A DNA stretch of 64,000 nt. Origin: Bacteroidota bacterium. Lineage in GTDB: Bacteria > Bacteroidota > Bacteroidia > Chitinophagales > Chitinophagaceae. How positions within the stretch are numbered: position 1 is the first letter of the stretch; each line of letters starts with the position of its first letter. The stretch is taken from contig VGGV01000013.1 in the NCBI GenBank assembly GCA_016868455.1, forward strand, positions 11,040 to 75,039, in the 5' to 3' direction. Positions 9,213 to 18,386 of this stretch are shown here, in pieces. The notes beneath the pieces were generated by a model, which had not been told where the DNA came from, did no database searches, and saw only the letters and a list, made by a program, of their open reading frames with translations. Made by a program: the position numbers and the translations under genes.

Positions 9213-9668
9213 TTACGGTACTATTATTAATGGGGTTCCTCCCGCTATCTCGACCAGTTCCAAATCAAAGATCAGGTCCTTGCCTGCCAGCGGATGATTG
9301 GCATCCAGCATTACTGATGATTCTTTTATTTCAGTAATAGTAACCTGGAACTGGTGGCCCTGTCTGTCGCTCATCATTATAGGCATGCCTAATTCAAGGT
9401 TCAGATCTTCCGGAAATCTTCCCTTTGGCATGTCAATGATCATTTCGGGGTTCACAGGTCCGTAGGCTTCGTTGAACGGTATCTGAATGGTTTTATTTTC
9501 CCCCACTGACATGCCGGTTACGCCTTCGTCAAATCCTTTGATCACCATCCCTCCGCCCACTTCAAATTCCAGCGGTTCCCGCCCGGCAGAGGAATCAAAA
9601 GTTTCGCCGGAAGTAAGTTTGCCGTGATAATGTATTTTTATCTTATCCCCCTTTTTTACCTGTTGCAT
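9213..9668 (-). CDS. FKBP-type peptidyl-prolyl cis-trans isomerase (SlyD-like, with an IF insert)
   Basis: VKIHYHGKLTSGETFDSS...PLEFEVGGGMVIKGFDEGVTGM is the canonical FKBP core. Confidence 0.85.
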   Translation of the reverse strand: MQQVKKGDKIKIHYHGKLTSGETFDSSAGREPLEFEVGGGMVIKGFDEGVTGMSVGENKTIQIPFNEAYGPVNPEMIIDMPKGRFPEDLNLELGMPIMMSDRQGHQFQVTITEIKESSVMLDANHPLAGKDLIFDLELVEIAGGTPLIIVP

Positions 9669-9769
9669 TGCCTTGTTTTAATTAAGGGCGCAAGGTAGCT
9701 TAAATAATTCAATGCAACCATTTAAATAAATAAAGTTGTCATGGTAATAATTTTTAAGACATTTACTGC

Positions 9770-11047
9770 ATGAAATTTTCAGTCTTATTGAAAGTGATTG
9801 TTTTGCTGGCAGGTCCGTTCACAGCAATGCACTGTTATACCCAAAATCAGCTGCAGGTTATCCCCGGCGCAGAACGCTTTAATGTTTATCTGCCGCTTAT
9901 CAAAGGAAAAAATGTCGGCATATTCGCCAATCATACTTCGATGGTGGGAAAAACACACCTTGTTGATACTTTAAGAAGTCTTGGCGTCACCATCAAAGTA
10001 ATATTCGGGCCGGAGCATGGCTTCCGCGGCACAGCCGGCGCCGGCGAAAAGGTCAGTAACTATATTGATGCAGGTACGGGCATCCCGGTAGTCTCCTTAT
10101 ATGGCGCCAAAAGATGGCCTTCTGCAGAAGATGTAAAAGATGTGGATGTGCTGATCTTCGATATACAGGATGTGGGGGTACGGTTCTATACTTATATTTC
10201 TTCGCTTGAAGAATTTATGGAAGCGGCATTTGAATATAAAAAACCGCTGCTGCTGTTCGACAGGCCCAACCCTAACGGCCATTATGTGGACGGACCTGTA
10301 CTGAACAAAAAGTACCGGTCATTTGTGGGTATGCAGCCGGTGCCGGTTGTGTATGGCATGACGATCGGTGAATATGCCATGATGCTGACCGGCGAAAAAT
10401 GGCTTTCTGAAAAAGCCAATGCCTACGTCAATTATTTTAAAAATGTTCAGCAGCCGCATTCCGATACCCCGTTTCATTTTCTTACTATCCAGTGCAAACA
10501 ATATGATCACAAAACGAGGTATGTGCTTCCGGTAAAACCTTCTCCCAACCTTCCCGATATTCAATCCATTTACCTCTATCCGTCAACCTGTTTTTTTGAA
10601 GGAACTGTTTTAAGTGAAGGAAGAGGAACTGACAAACCCTTTCAGGTGTTCGGGCATCCGGATCTTCCCAATAACCTGTATTCATTCACACCCAATCCCA
10701 ATGAGGGTGCAAAAAATTCAAAACATTATGGCAAAGTTTGTTACGGCTGGAATTTATCCGGCACAGCGGATGAGGTTTTTTCCCTTGTAAACAGCAGGAT
10801 ACAATTAAAATGGCTGTTAGAGGCTTATAAACTGTTTCCGGAAAAAGATAAATTCTTGATCCTGCCTAAATCCGGAAAAATGGAAGAGTCTTTCTTCAGC
10901 AAGCTGGCAGGTAATAACGAACTGTGGCAGCAAATCAGGGATGGAATGCCTGAAGACGAAATTAGAAAAAGCTGGGAGCCCCGACTGAGTGAATTCAAAA
11001 AAATCAGGAAGAAATACCTGCTGTACGAAGATTTTGAACAGCCGTGA
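9770..11047 (+). CDS. DUF1343-family protein (exo-beta-N-acetylmuramidase NamZ-like)
   Basis: Signal peptide, then GIFANHTSMVGKTHLVD and GPEHGFRG, motifs typical of DUF1343/NamZ. Length 425 aa. Confidence 0.8.
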   Translation: MKFSVLLKVIVLLAGPFTAMHCYTQNQLQVIPGAERFNVYLPLIKGKNVGIFANHTSMVGKTHLVDTLRSLGVTIKVIFGPEHGFRGTAGAGEKVSNYIDAGTGIPVVSLYGAKRWPSAEDVKDVDVLIFDIQDVGVRFYTYISSLEEFMEAAFEYKKPLLLFDRPNPNGHYVDGPVLNKKYRSFVGMQPVPVVYGMTIGEYAMMLTGEKWLSEKANAYVNYFKNVQQPHSDTPFHFLTIQCKQYDHKTRYVLPVKPSPNLPDIQSIYLYPSTCFFEGTVLSEGRGTDKPFQVFGHPDLPNNLYSFTPNPNEGAKNSKHYGKVCYGWNLSGTADEVFSLVNSRIQLKWLLEAYKLFPEKDKFLILPKSGKMEESFFSKLAGNNELWQQIRDGMPEDEIRKSWEPRLSEFKKIRKKYLLYEDFEQP

Positions 11048-11138
11048 CAATACCGACACTGCCCTGTTATGAAAAATATTTTTTAGTTAGGATTCCTTAC
11101 TATATTTTTAATCTTTCTTCACCTTAAAAATATGTAGT

Positions 11139-11720
11139 ATGGAAACCACTGCTATTAAAGACTACACGTATGGTGCAGCCGCCGCATCACCTGTTACACT
11201 GCAGGACCTTGATTTGCTGAAGCAAACAGTTTTATTTACAGATGAAGATGAAAGATACCTTCAAATGGCAGGCGAAGTGTTGAAAGATCAGACGGATGCA
11301 GTGCTGAACCTTTGGTATGGATTTGTGGGCGGGCATCCCCATCTTGTTTACTATTTCACCAAAAACGGACAACCCGATATGGACTATCTTACTGCTGTCC
11401 GCCACCGCTTCGGGCAATGGATCATGGATTTGTGCAACCGGAAGTATGACCAGCAATGGCTGAATTACCAGCATGAAATCGGCCTCCGGCACCATTCGGC
11501 CAAAAAGAATAAAACGGATAATGTGGACACCGTTCCCATCATCAACTTCAGGTATATGGTTGCTTTTATTTCCCCGATAACAGCTACCATCAAATCTTTT
11601 CTGGCAAAAAAAGGACATAGCAATGAAGAGGTGGAGAAGATGCATACCGCCTGGTTCAAGGCAGTTACACTGACCGTTACCCTCTGGTGTTATCCTTATA
11701 TTAACAAGGGAGAATTTTAA
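11139..11720 (+). CDS. Protoglobin (single-domain heme globin of the globin-coupled-sensor lineage)
   Basis: LWYGFVGGHPHLVYYF, WLNYQHEIGLRHH, YMVAFISPITATIKSFLAKKGH and AWFKAVTLTVTLWCYPY closely follow the protoglobin sequence of Methanosarcina acetivorans as I remember it. Size is about 190 aa. Confidence 0.85.
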   Translation: METTAIKDYTYGAAAASPVTLQDLDLLKQTVLFTDEDERYLQMAGEVLKDQTDAVLNLWYGFVGGHPHLVYYFTKNGQPDMDYLTAVRHRFGQWIMDLCNRKYDQQWLNYQHEIGLRHHSAKKNKTDNVDTVPIINFRYMVAFISPITATIKSFLAKKGHSNEEVEKMHTAWFKAVTLTVTLWCYPYINKGEF

Positions 11721-11730
11721 AGATAAAGAA

Positions 11731-11991
11731 ATGAAAGTAGCTGTTTACGACACCTATGTAAGAAAGAAAGACGGCCGCATTATGCACTTTGACATACTGG
11801 TGCCTTCTCAAATGAGTAACCTGGAAAGTATTTATAGCTATGGTAAAGAATATAGAACCGGAAAGGGACAGGCAGGTCAGCCGCTGAGTGCCCGTGAATG
11901 CCGGTTTTGCCATATAGAAAAAGCAACTGATGAAATGAAAAGGCAGATAACTGAAAAAGGGTATTACATTCTGGAAATGGAGGGATGTTAA
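11731..11991 (+). CDS. DUF2024-family small protein
   Basis: MKVAVYDTYVRKKDGRIMHFDILVP ... ECRFCHIE ... GYYILEMEGC matches my recollection of the DUF2024 consensus. It starts 10 nt after the protoglobin stop. Confidence 0.65.
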   Translation: MKVAVYDTYVRKKDGRIMHFDILVPSQMSNLESIYSYGKEYRTGKGQAGQPLSARECRFCHIEKATDEMKRQITEKGYYILEMEGC

Positions 11992-12026
11992 TCGTCCCTT
12001 CATTTCTGTAATTTTAGCCTGGTCAA

Positions 12027-12647
12027 ATGAAAAAAGGAAAAGCCGCCTTCAGCCCGGATATACAGGCAAATGATACAGACAGCAAGATTATTGTTGCGCT
12101 GGAACGTATTGCTGAAGCTTTCCGGGTGCTGCTGTGGAATGAAAGCAAACAATACAGCCTCAGCCCCATCCAGGTTCAGTTGCTGATTTTTCTTCATACA
12201 CATCCGCCGGTTCAGCGTAAAGTGAGTTACCTGGCGCTTGAGTTTAATATGACAAAGGCCACCATCAGCGATGCAGTCCGGGTACTGGAAGAAAAAAAAT
12301 TAATCAGAAGAGAAACTGAAGCTGCAGACAGCCGCAGTTATATTTTTCATTTAACCGCCGAAGGGGAAAAAATCACTGAAAAACTTTCTCTGTTTGCCAA
12401 CCCGATGCGGCAACCCCTCAGCGAGTTTACTGCTGAAGAAAAAGAAACCTTACTTAACGGTTTGCTGCACCTGGTTTATAATCTGCACCAGGAAAAAACA
12501 ATTGCTGTGCAACGGATGTGTTTCACCTGCCGGCATTATACTTCGGGAAAAAAGAAAAAAGAACATTATTGCAGCCTGCTGCGGGTAAAACTTAAAACCA
12601 GTGAACTCCGTATTGATTGCGCCGAACATGAATATGAAATAACTTAA
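12027..12647 (+). CDS. MarR-like winged-helix regulator with a C-terminal 4-Cys extension
   Basis: The wHTH region is LSPIQVQLLIFLH...VSYLALEFNMTKATISDAVRVLEEKKLIRR. The C-terminus carries CFTCRHY...HYCSLL...IDCAEHE. It starts 35 nt after the DUF2024 stop. Confidence 0.7.
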   Translation: MKKGKAAFSPDIQANDTDSKIIVALERIAEAFRVLLWNESKQYSLSPIQVQLLIFLHTHPPVQRKVSYLALEFNMTKATISDAVRVLEEKKLIRRETEAADSRSYIFHLTAEGEKITEKLSLFANPMRQPLSEFTAEEKETLLNGLLHLVYNLHQEKTIAVQRMCFTCRHYTSGKKKKEHYCSLLRVKLKTSELRIDCAEHEYEIT

Positions 12648-12880
12648 CTCATAACAGGAAGCTTAACTGAACTTGGATAATCACTAATATTAAAGATGCG
12701 GCTGCCTGCAGCTTCCATACTTTTATTTTTTCGCTTTATGATCAATGCCCAGAAGGCCTCGGGTATCCGCTCTGCCAATCGCAACTCATCAAACGGGCTT
12801 CCGAAAAAAAAATCAACCCAGTTTGCTTACATTCGCAGCGATGAAGCCCCCCACTCCCTAAAGGGAGCTGTTTACCCACT

Positions 12881-13828
12881 ATGAATGAAGATAAGTATAA
12901 GTCGCTGCGAATAGTTTTTATGGGCACTCCTGAATTTGCCGTTGCCTCATTCAATGCTTTGGTAAAAGCCGGATGCAATATTGTTGGTGTAATTACTGCC
13001 CCAGATAAACCGGCAGGCCGTGGTATGGAGCTGAATGAAAGCGCTCTAAAGAAATATGCAGTTGAGCATGGATTAAAAGTTTTGCAACCGGAAAAACTAA
13101 AGAACCCTGAATTTCTTGCTGAGTTAAAATCACTCAATGCCGATCTGCAAATTGTGGTTGCCTTCAGGATGCTGCCGGAAGCAGTCTGGAATTTACCACC
13201 GATGGGGACTATAAATCTTCATGGAAGTTTATTACCGCAATACCGTGGCGCAGCACCTGTCAATTGGGCAGTAATTAACGGCGAAAAAGAAACTGGTGTT
13301 ACTACTTTCAAACTAAAACATGAGATAGACACCGGTGATATTTTATTACAGGAAAGTTTTCCCATAGGGGAAAATGAAACTGCAGGCGAAGTGCACGACA
13401 GGATGAAGGGTGCTGGAGCAGCATTACTCGTTAAAACAGTAAGAGGTATAGCGGATGGTTCATTAAAAATGACTCCACAACTCACGACTCACAACGCACA
13501 ACTCACCACACTTAAACAAGCCCCAAAGATTTTCACTGAAACCTGTAAAATAGATTTTACCAAAACAACAAACCAAGTGCACAATCTCATCCGTGGCCTC
13601 TCCCCTTTTCCGGGTGCCTTTACCAAACTAAATGGAAAAACATTGAAGATTTACAGAACGGAAAAGAGCTACGATAAACCCCTTTCACCTATTCTCAGCA
13701 ATGAAACAGATTATAAAACTTTCCTGCGGTTTGCCTGCGCCGATGGTTATGTTTATGTAAAGGAATTGCAGTTGGAAGGAAAGAAAAAAATGAGTGTTGA
13801 AGAGTTTCTGAGGGGTTACAGGTTTTGA
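12881..13828 (+). CDS. fmt: Methionyl-tRNA formyltransferase
   Basis: IVFMGTPEFAV, INLHGSLLPQYRGAAPVNWAVINGEKETGVTTF (SLLP motif), and the C-terminal Fmt domain. Confidence 0.95.
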   Translation: MNEDKYKSLRIVFMGTPEFAVASFNALVKAGCNIVGVITAPDKPAGRGMELNESALKKYAVEHGLKVLQPEKLKNPEFLAELKSLNADLQIVVAFRMLPEAVWNLPPMGTINLHGSLLPQYRGAAPVNWAVINGEKETGVTTFKLKHEIDTGDILLQESFPIGENETAGEVHDRMKGAGAALLVKTVRGIADGSLKMTPQLTTHNAQLTTLKQAPKIFTETCKIDFTKTTNQVHNLIRGLSPFPGAFTKLNGKTLKIYRTEKSYDKPLSPILSNETDYKTFLRFACADGYVYVKELQLEGKKKMSVEEFLRGYRF

Positions 13829-13859
13829 CGGTACAGGCAACTTAAAGTGTCCCGCCCGG

Positions 13860-14837
13860 TCAATAATTCACCTTCACAATAAATTTATCCTGCTCGGTAA
13901 TCTCCAGCGAAGCAGCAGCGGCATTGCTGATACGGATATTATAACCTTCATTTTGCCGAATGCCGGCCATCTCACCCAGCACTTTAGCATACACAGCTTT
14001 GTTATTTGACGGATTAATGATTTTCACTATTGTGCCGGGCTGCACTTTATCAATCAGCAAATAATATTTCCCGTCTTCCCAGCCGCTGGTGGTTTTGAAA
14101 ATGCCTGAAGTAACGGTTTCATCTTTCAAAACCGGAGCAACTTTTACCTGCTGCTCAAAATAGTTTTTAAAATAACCATGTCCTTCAACAGAGGGCTTTC
14201 TTGTTTCCATTACAACAGGAGGCGGATCTTTTTTCTCTTCTTTCTTTTCTGTCTTTTCTTCAGCTTCAGCTACCTTCTTTTCTTCCTTTTTGGTCATATC
14301 TTCCGTAGCAACCGGTATGGGATCTTTTTTATCCTCAGTTCTTGTAACAACTTCTTCTGTTTTAGCTGTATTACTGATAGGAACCGACTTCATCTCCTTA
14401 CTCTGTAAAAAACCAATGATCAGCCTGGTATCTTTTTTCAAAACGTCACTGCCAAGATTATTCCACTCCCTCAGCCTGGAGAGCGGTACATTGTTGTTCT
14501 TTTTGCTAACAATCAGTAAACCTTCGTTTTCCCCTACCCTGTAATAAACCGGGGTGCCGCTGTTTCCTTGTTGGGTAAAGTTGGTGTCGAGCAGCGGTAT
14601 CCTGATCTTCTGGTCAATATTCAGCCCTCGGTTCATGTCCAGTTTATTGAAAGAAGCGATGGATTTGGGATGAATGTTATACAAACGGCCAATGGAGTAA
14701 TAGGTTTCTTTGGCTGCTACTTTATGATCAAGGTAAAGGCCGTTATCATTACTTTTCACCATCAGGTCACCCTTTTGGGCCCGAAGGCAAAATGCCTGGA
14801 TTAAAAGCACACAGACAAAAAAACTGAATTTCTTCAT
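13860..14837 (-). CDS. Secreted LysM-domain protein with a Lys/Glu-rich linker
   Basis: Signal peptide and two LysM-like segments (HKVAAKETYYSIGRLYNIHPKSIASFN; YRVGENEGLLIVSKKNNNVPLSRLREWN). The linker is low complexity (KKEEKKVAEAEEKTEKKEEKK). Confidence 0.6.
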   Translation of the reverse strand: MKKFSFFVCVLLIQAFCLRAQKGDLMVKSNDNGLYLDHKVAAKETYYSIGRLYNIHPKSIASFNKLDMNRGLNIDQKIRIPLLDTNFTQQGNSGTPVYYRVGENEGLLIVSKKNNNVPLSRLREWNNLGSDVLKKDTRLIIGFLQSKEMKSVPISNTAKTEEVVTRTEDKKDPIPVATEDMTKKEEKKVAEAEEKTEKKEEKKDPPPVVMETRKPSVEGHGYFKNYFEQQVKVAPVLKDETVTSGIFKTTSGWEDGKYYLLIDKVQPGTIVKIINPSNNKAVYAKVLGEMAGIRQNEGYNIRISNAAAASLEITEQDKFIVKVNY

Positions 14838-14886
14838 ACCAACAGGATTTGCCCTGCAAAGATGTGGATTTTTAACGGTCGAAAAC

Positions 14887-16248
14887 TTACTTGTCTTTTA
14901 AAATCCGCAATTCTTTGGGGTAATAATTATTGATACGGCCGGGCAGCACATTAATCCAGCCGAGTGGATGCCCCCGGTAGCTTACCTGCTGCCATCCCCT
15001 TTCAGCATTACTTATACGGAGTTCCCTGCGCTGCAGATAAGAAATCGCCTGGTGGTAACCGAGTTCGGTTTTAGGAATGCTTTCTGCTGCAACAGCACTC
15101 ATGGCCAGTGCATGGCCGGGCACCAGTTTATCCCTCATCAGTTCGCCAACCTGCACCCCTGAATAAATCACCTTTAGTTTTTCCAGCAAATAACTGAAGT
15201 CATTAAAATGGATATCCGGCCAGGCGTAAACTGTTTGCCGGTATCTTATAAATGATTTTCCTGCGGGTTTCATCCAGTTCTTCAGTATATCCATTTCTTT
15301 TTCAGAAGCCTGCTCAATTTTCTTTTTTGTTTTAAAAAATGCAGTCTCCTCTCCGTCTTTTTTCTGTAAGCAGGCAAGAAAAAATCCTTCCCCCTTCACC
15401 TTATCGGGCCAGAAACGGTATCCTTTTCCGGTATCTGTTATCCCCCATGCCGGGTCAATGGCCAGGGGTAAATAGTCAATCGCAAATTCTTCTTGCAGCC
15501 AGTTCACAATATCTTCATCCTCCTCCTGTGAATAGGAGCAGGTTGAATAAATAAGAATACCACCTTTTTTAAGTGCCGGCCAGACATCCGCCAGAATACG
15601 CTGCTGACGTTGTGAACATAACTGCACATTGTTCTCAGTCCATTCTTTGATAGATTCGGGATCCCGCCGGAACAGCCCGCTTCCGCTGCAGGGAGCATCC
15701 GCCACGATTATGTCAAAATAATTCTCCAGTTCCGCAAAATCGGCCGGGTCGTTATTTGTCACCACAACATTCTCACATCCCCATTTGATGATGTTATCTT
15801 TTAAAATAGCAGCTCTTGAGCGGATGACTTCATTGCTTACCAAAAGACTTTCACCCGAAATTAAAGACTGAATATGTGTTGATTTGCCCCCCGGCGCTGC
15901 ACACAGGTCAAGCACTTTTAGCGGTTTTGACAAATCAGCTGTTTGTTTCAGCGCCTGTTCCAGAAACATACTGCTGGCTTCCTGAACATAGTAGCAGCCT
16001 GCATGAAATAAGGGATCGAAAGTGAAAGAAGGTCTTTCGCTCAAATAATAACCGTATTCCGTCCACGGAATTTCAGATTGCAGATTTGGAATTTCAGATT
16101 GCCTGGCGGGGTTTATCCTGACCGAGGTAACCTGCCCGCCAGAAGAATGCAGTCTTTCAAATGCCTCCCTGCCGAACCCGCTGATGCGTTCCAGCGAAGC
16201 GATCAATCTACCGGGCAGTTGCACCGCAGAAACGTTTTTACTTAACAA
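14887..16248 (-). CDS. RsmB/RsmF (NOL1/NOP2/Sun) family rRNA cytosine-C5 methyltransferase
   Basis: SAM motif DLCAAPGGKSTH and catalytic cysteines DAPCSGSG and YSTCS. The C-terminal domain is RsmF-like. Confidence 0.85.
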   Translation of the reverse strand: MLSKNVSAVQLPGRLIASLERISGFGREAFERLHSSGGQVTSVRINPARQSEIPNLQSEIPWTEYGYYLSERPSFTFDPLFHAGCYYVQEASSMFLEQALKQTADLSKPLKVLDLCAAPGGKSTHIQSLISGESLLVSNEVIRSRAAILKDNIIKWGCENVVVTNNDPADFAELENYFDIIVADAPCSGSGLFRRDPESIKEWTENNVQLCSQRQQRILADVWPALKKGGILIYSTCSYSQEEDEDIVNWLQEEFAIDYLPLAIDPAWGITDTGKGYRFWPDKVKGEGFFLACLQKKDGEETAFFKTKKKIEQASEKEMDILKNWMKPAGKSFIRYRQTVYAWPDIHFNDFSYLLEKLKVIYSGVQVGELMRDKLVPGHALAMSAVAAESIPKTELGYHQAISYLQRRELRISNAERGWQQVSYRGHPLGWINVLPGRINNYYPKELRILKDK

Positions 16249-16636
16249 TCATGAAATCAAAAATCGTTTTCCCCTCAAAAAAATTGCTGGAAACCTCAGC
16301 CGTATATGCTTCCTTTGATACGGAAAGTATGTTTACATACAATACCTGCTCCGGTGAAACCTCGGGCACTTCTCCTTTTAATACTTTGGGGTCTGAAAGT
16401 TCATAAGAGCAGGGCGTTGTCCACCTTACATTGAACTCCATCTTTATCCCCATTGGTGTATTCTCCTCAATTTGTTTATCCTTTTTTCTGTAGATCATCG
16501 TAACAATATTCTTTCCGTCCACATTCAGCTCCGATCTGAATGTGGACGTATTCACTTTCTTACAGTCCTTTTCTTCCTGTGCAACAGCAACAAGGGAACA
16601 AAAAAACAATCCTGTGATACAAATAATTTTTTTCAT
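16238..16636 (-). CDS. Hypothetical small secreted protein or lipoprotein
   Basis: MKKIICITGLFFCSLVAVAQ signal peptide. I moved the start to ATG 16636 to remove overlap with pntB. No family recognised. Confidence 0.5.
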   Translation of the reverse strand: MKKIICITGLFFCSLVAVAQEEKDCKKVNTSTFRSELNVDGKNIVTMIYRKKDKQIEENTPMGIKMEFNVRWTTPCSYELSDPKVLKGEVPEVSPEQVLYVNILSVSKEAYTAEVSSNFFEGKTIFDFMIVK

Positions 16637-16637
16637 A

Positions 16638-18050
16638 CTAAAGATTTTTGATTTCACCCACCAGATCCTTCAGCACTTTCTTTGCATCCCCAAACAGCAT
16701 GGATGATTTGGGCTGGAAGAAAAGATCATTTTCAATGCCTGCATAACCGGGTTTCATGCTTCTCTTTACGATGATCACATTCTTAGCCTGGCCTACATCC
16801 AATATCGGCATTCCATAAATGGGAGAAGAAGGATCAGTTTTGGCAGCAGGATTCACCACATCATTGGCGCCTAAAACCAAAACCACATCAACAGACGGAA
16901 ATTCCTCGTTGGCCTGCTCCATTTCAATCAGTTTATCATAACTGACATCCGCTTCGGCCAAAAGCACATTCATATGGCCCGGCATGCGACCGGCCACCGG
17001 GTGTATAGCATATTTTACTTCAACACCCTTTGCTTCCAGCATTTTTTGCAGTTCATGACAGGTATGCTGCGCCTGCGCTACAGCCAGACCGTAACCGGGC
17101 ACAACCATCACTTTATTTGCAAAGCTCATTATTACAGCAGAGTCGTTCAATGTAATTTCCTTATAAGAACCCTGCTCCTTCTTTCCTGCAGCCGCACCGC
17201 CTCCTCCAAAAGAACCCACCAATACATTCAGCAATGAACGGTTCATGGCCTTGCACATCAGTACTGTCAGGATGGTGCCCGCTGCGCCTACCAGTATTCC
17301 CCCCGTAAACACCACTTTATTATCATAGAGAAATCCACCGCAGGATGCGGAAAGTCCGCTTAGCGAATTGAGTAGTGAAATAACCACCGGCATATCTGCC
17401 CCGCCGATCGGCATAACAAACAAAATACCATATACCATGGTTAAAGCAAAAACGGAATAAAACAGAAGCATTGTATTCCCGGAACCCAGATTGGCTCCCA
17501 GGTAAAAAGACAACCCTATGCTTGCCAGCAGTAGAATAATGTTGACAATATGCTGTCCCTTGAATGCAAAGTCTTTTACCCTTCCGCTCAATTTCCCCCA
17601 TGCTATCACACTTCCTGAAAAAGTAATATTACCCAGTATCACACCGGAAAAAAGGATCGCCATTACTCCGGGAGCCGCCTGCTCCGGAGGAAAGTTTTTA
17701 CCTGCAAGATGATTGAATTCAACTAATGAAATTAATGTGGCGCTGGCGCCTCCCAGCCCGTTAAATAAACTCACCATTTCTGGCATGGCAGTCATCTTTA
17801 CTTTTCTGGCGGCCAGCACTCCAATAACAGAACCAACAGCTATCCCCCAAAAAATCCATCCATGGTTTTTCAAGAGGCTACCATCACCATTACGGAAAAG
17901 AAAGATAGTGCCGAAAATGGCAGCCAGCATTCCAATGCCTGCAACAATATTTCCGTTTCGGGCTGATGCCGGATGCGACATCATTTTTAAACCCATGATA
18001 AAAGTTACCGCCCCTATTATATATAGGATACTGAGAATTGAAACTCCCAT
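16638..18050 (-). CDS. pntB: NAD(P) transhydrogenase subunit beta
   Basis: Multi-TM N-terminal part and the dIII NADP(H) domain (VPGYGLAVAQAQH ... YAIHPVAGRMPGHMNVLLAEA ... GANDVVNP). Confidence 0.95.
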   Translation of the reverse strand: MGVSILSILYIIGAVTFIMGLKMMSHPASARNGNIVAGIGMLAAIFGTIFLFRNGDGSLLKNHGWIFWGIAVGSVIGVLAARKVKMTAMPEMVSLFNGLGGASATLISLVEFNHLAGKNFPPEQAAPGVMAILFSGVILGNITFSGSVIAWGKLSGRVKDFAFKGQHIVNIILLLASIGLSFYLGANLGSGNTMLLFYSVFALTMVYGILFVMPIGGADMPVVISLLNSLSGLSASCGGFLYDNKVVFTGGILVGAAGTILTVLMCKAMNRSLLNVLVGSFGGGGAAAGKKEQGSYKEITLNDSAVIMSFANKVMVVPGYGLAVAQAQHTCHELQKMLEAKGVEVKYAIHPVAGRMPGHMNVLLAEADVSYDKLIEMEQANEEFPSVDVVLVLGANDVVNPAAKTDPSSPIYGMPILDVGQAKNVIIVKRSMKPGYAGIENDLFFQPKSSMLFGDAKKVLKDLVGEIKNL

Positions 18051-18068
18051 TGCAAATATTTTATAGCC

Positions 18069-18377
18069 TTACTTTTTCTTTTTAAACATTTCAAGCATCC
18101 TGTCTGTAACTACAAAACCTCCTACCACGTTGATGGTTCCCAGTATTACGGCCAAAAATCCCAATATCAAAGCGAAATAGTTATTACTGTCTGCACGGCC
18201 CATTACTATGATGGCACCCATAATAACCACGCCGCTGATGGCATTGGCATGGCTCATTAACGGCGTATGCAATACGGCCGGCACCCGTGCAATAACAACA
18301 AAACCAAGAAAGATGACCAGTACGAGGATGTAAATCATCTGCTCGTTGGCTGAAATCCATTTTAATATGCTTTCCAT
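18069..18377 (-). CDS. pntAB: NAD(P) transhydrogenase subunit alpha part 2 (membrane dII piece)
   Basis: 102-aa three-TM protein lying between pntAA and pntB, as in three-gene transhydrogenases such as that of Rhodospirillum. Confidence 0.85.
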   Translation of the reverse strand: MESILKWISANEQMIYILVLVIFLGFVVIARVPAVLHTPLMSHANAISGVVIMGAIIVMGRADSNNYFALILGFLAVILGTINVVGGFVVTDRMLEMFKKKK

Positions 18378-18386
18378 AATAATGTA

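Noticed and set aside
12696-12884. 62-aa ORF ending in an ATGA overlap with the fmt start codon, a possible small coupled gene.
   Set aside because: The translation (MRLPAASILLFFRFMINAQKASGIRSANRNSSNGLPKKKSTQ...) is low-complexity with no recognisable family, and the overlap could be coincidental. I kept it only as a remote possibility.
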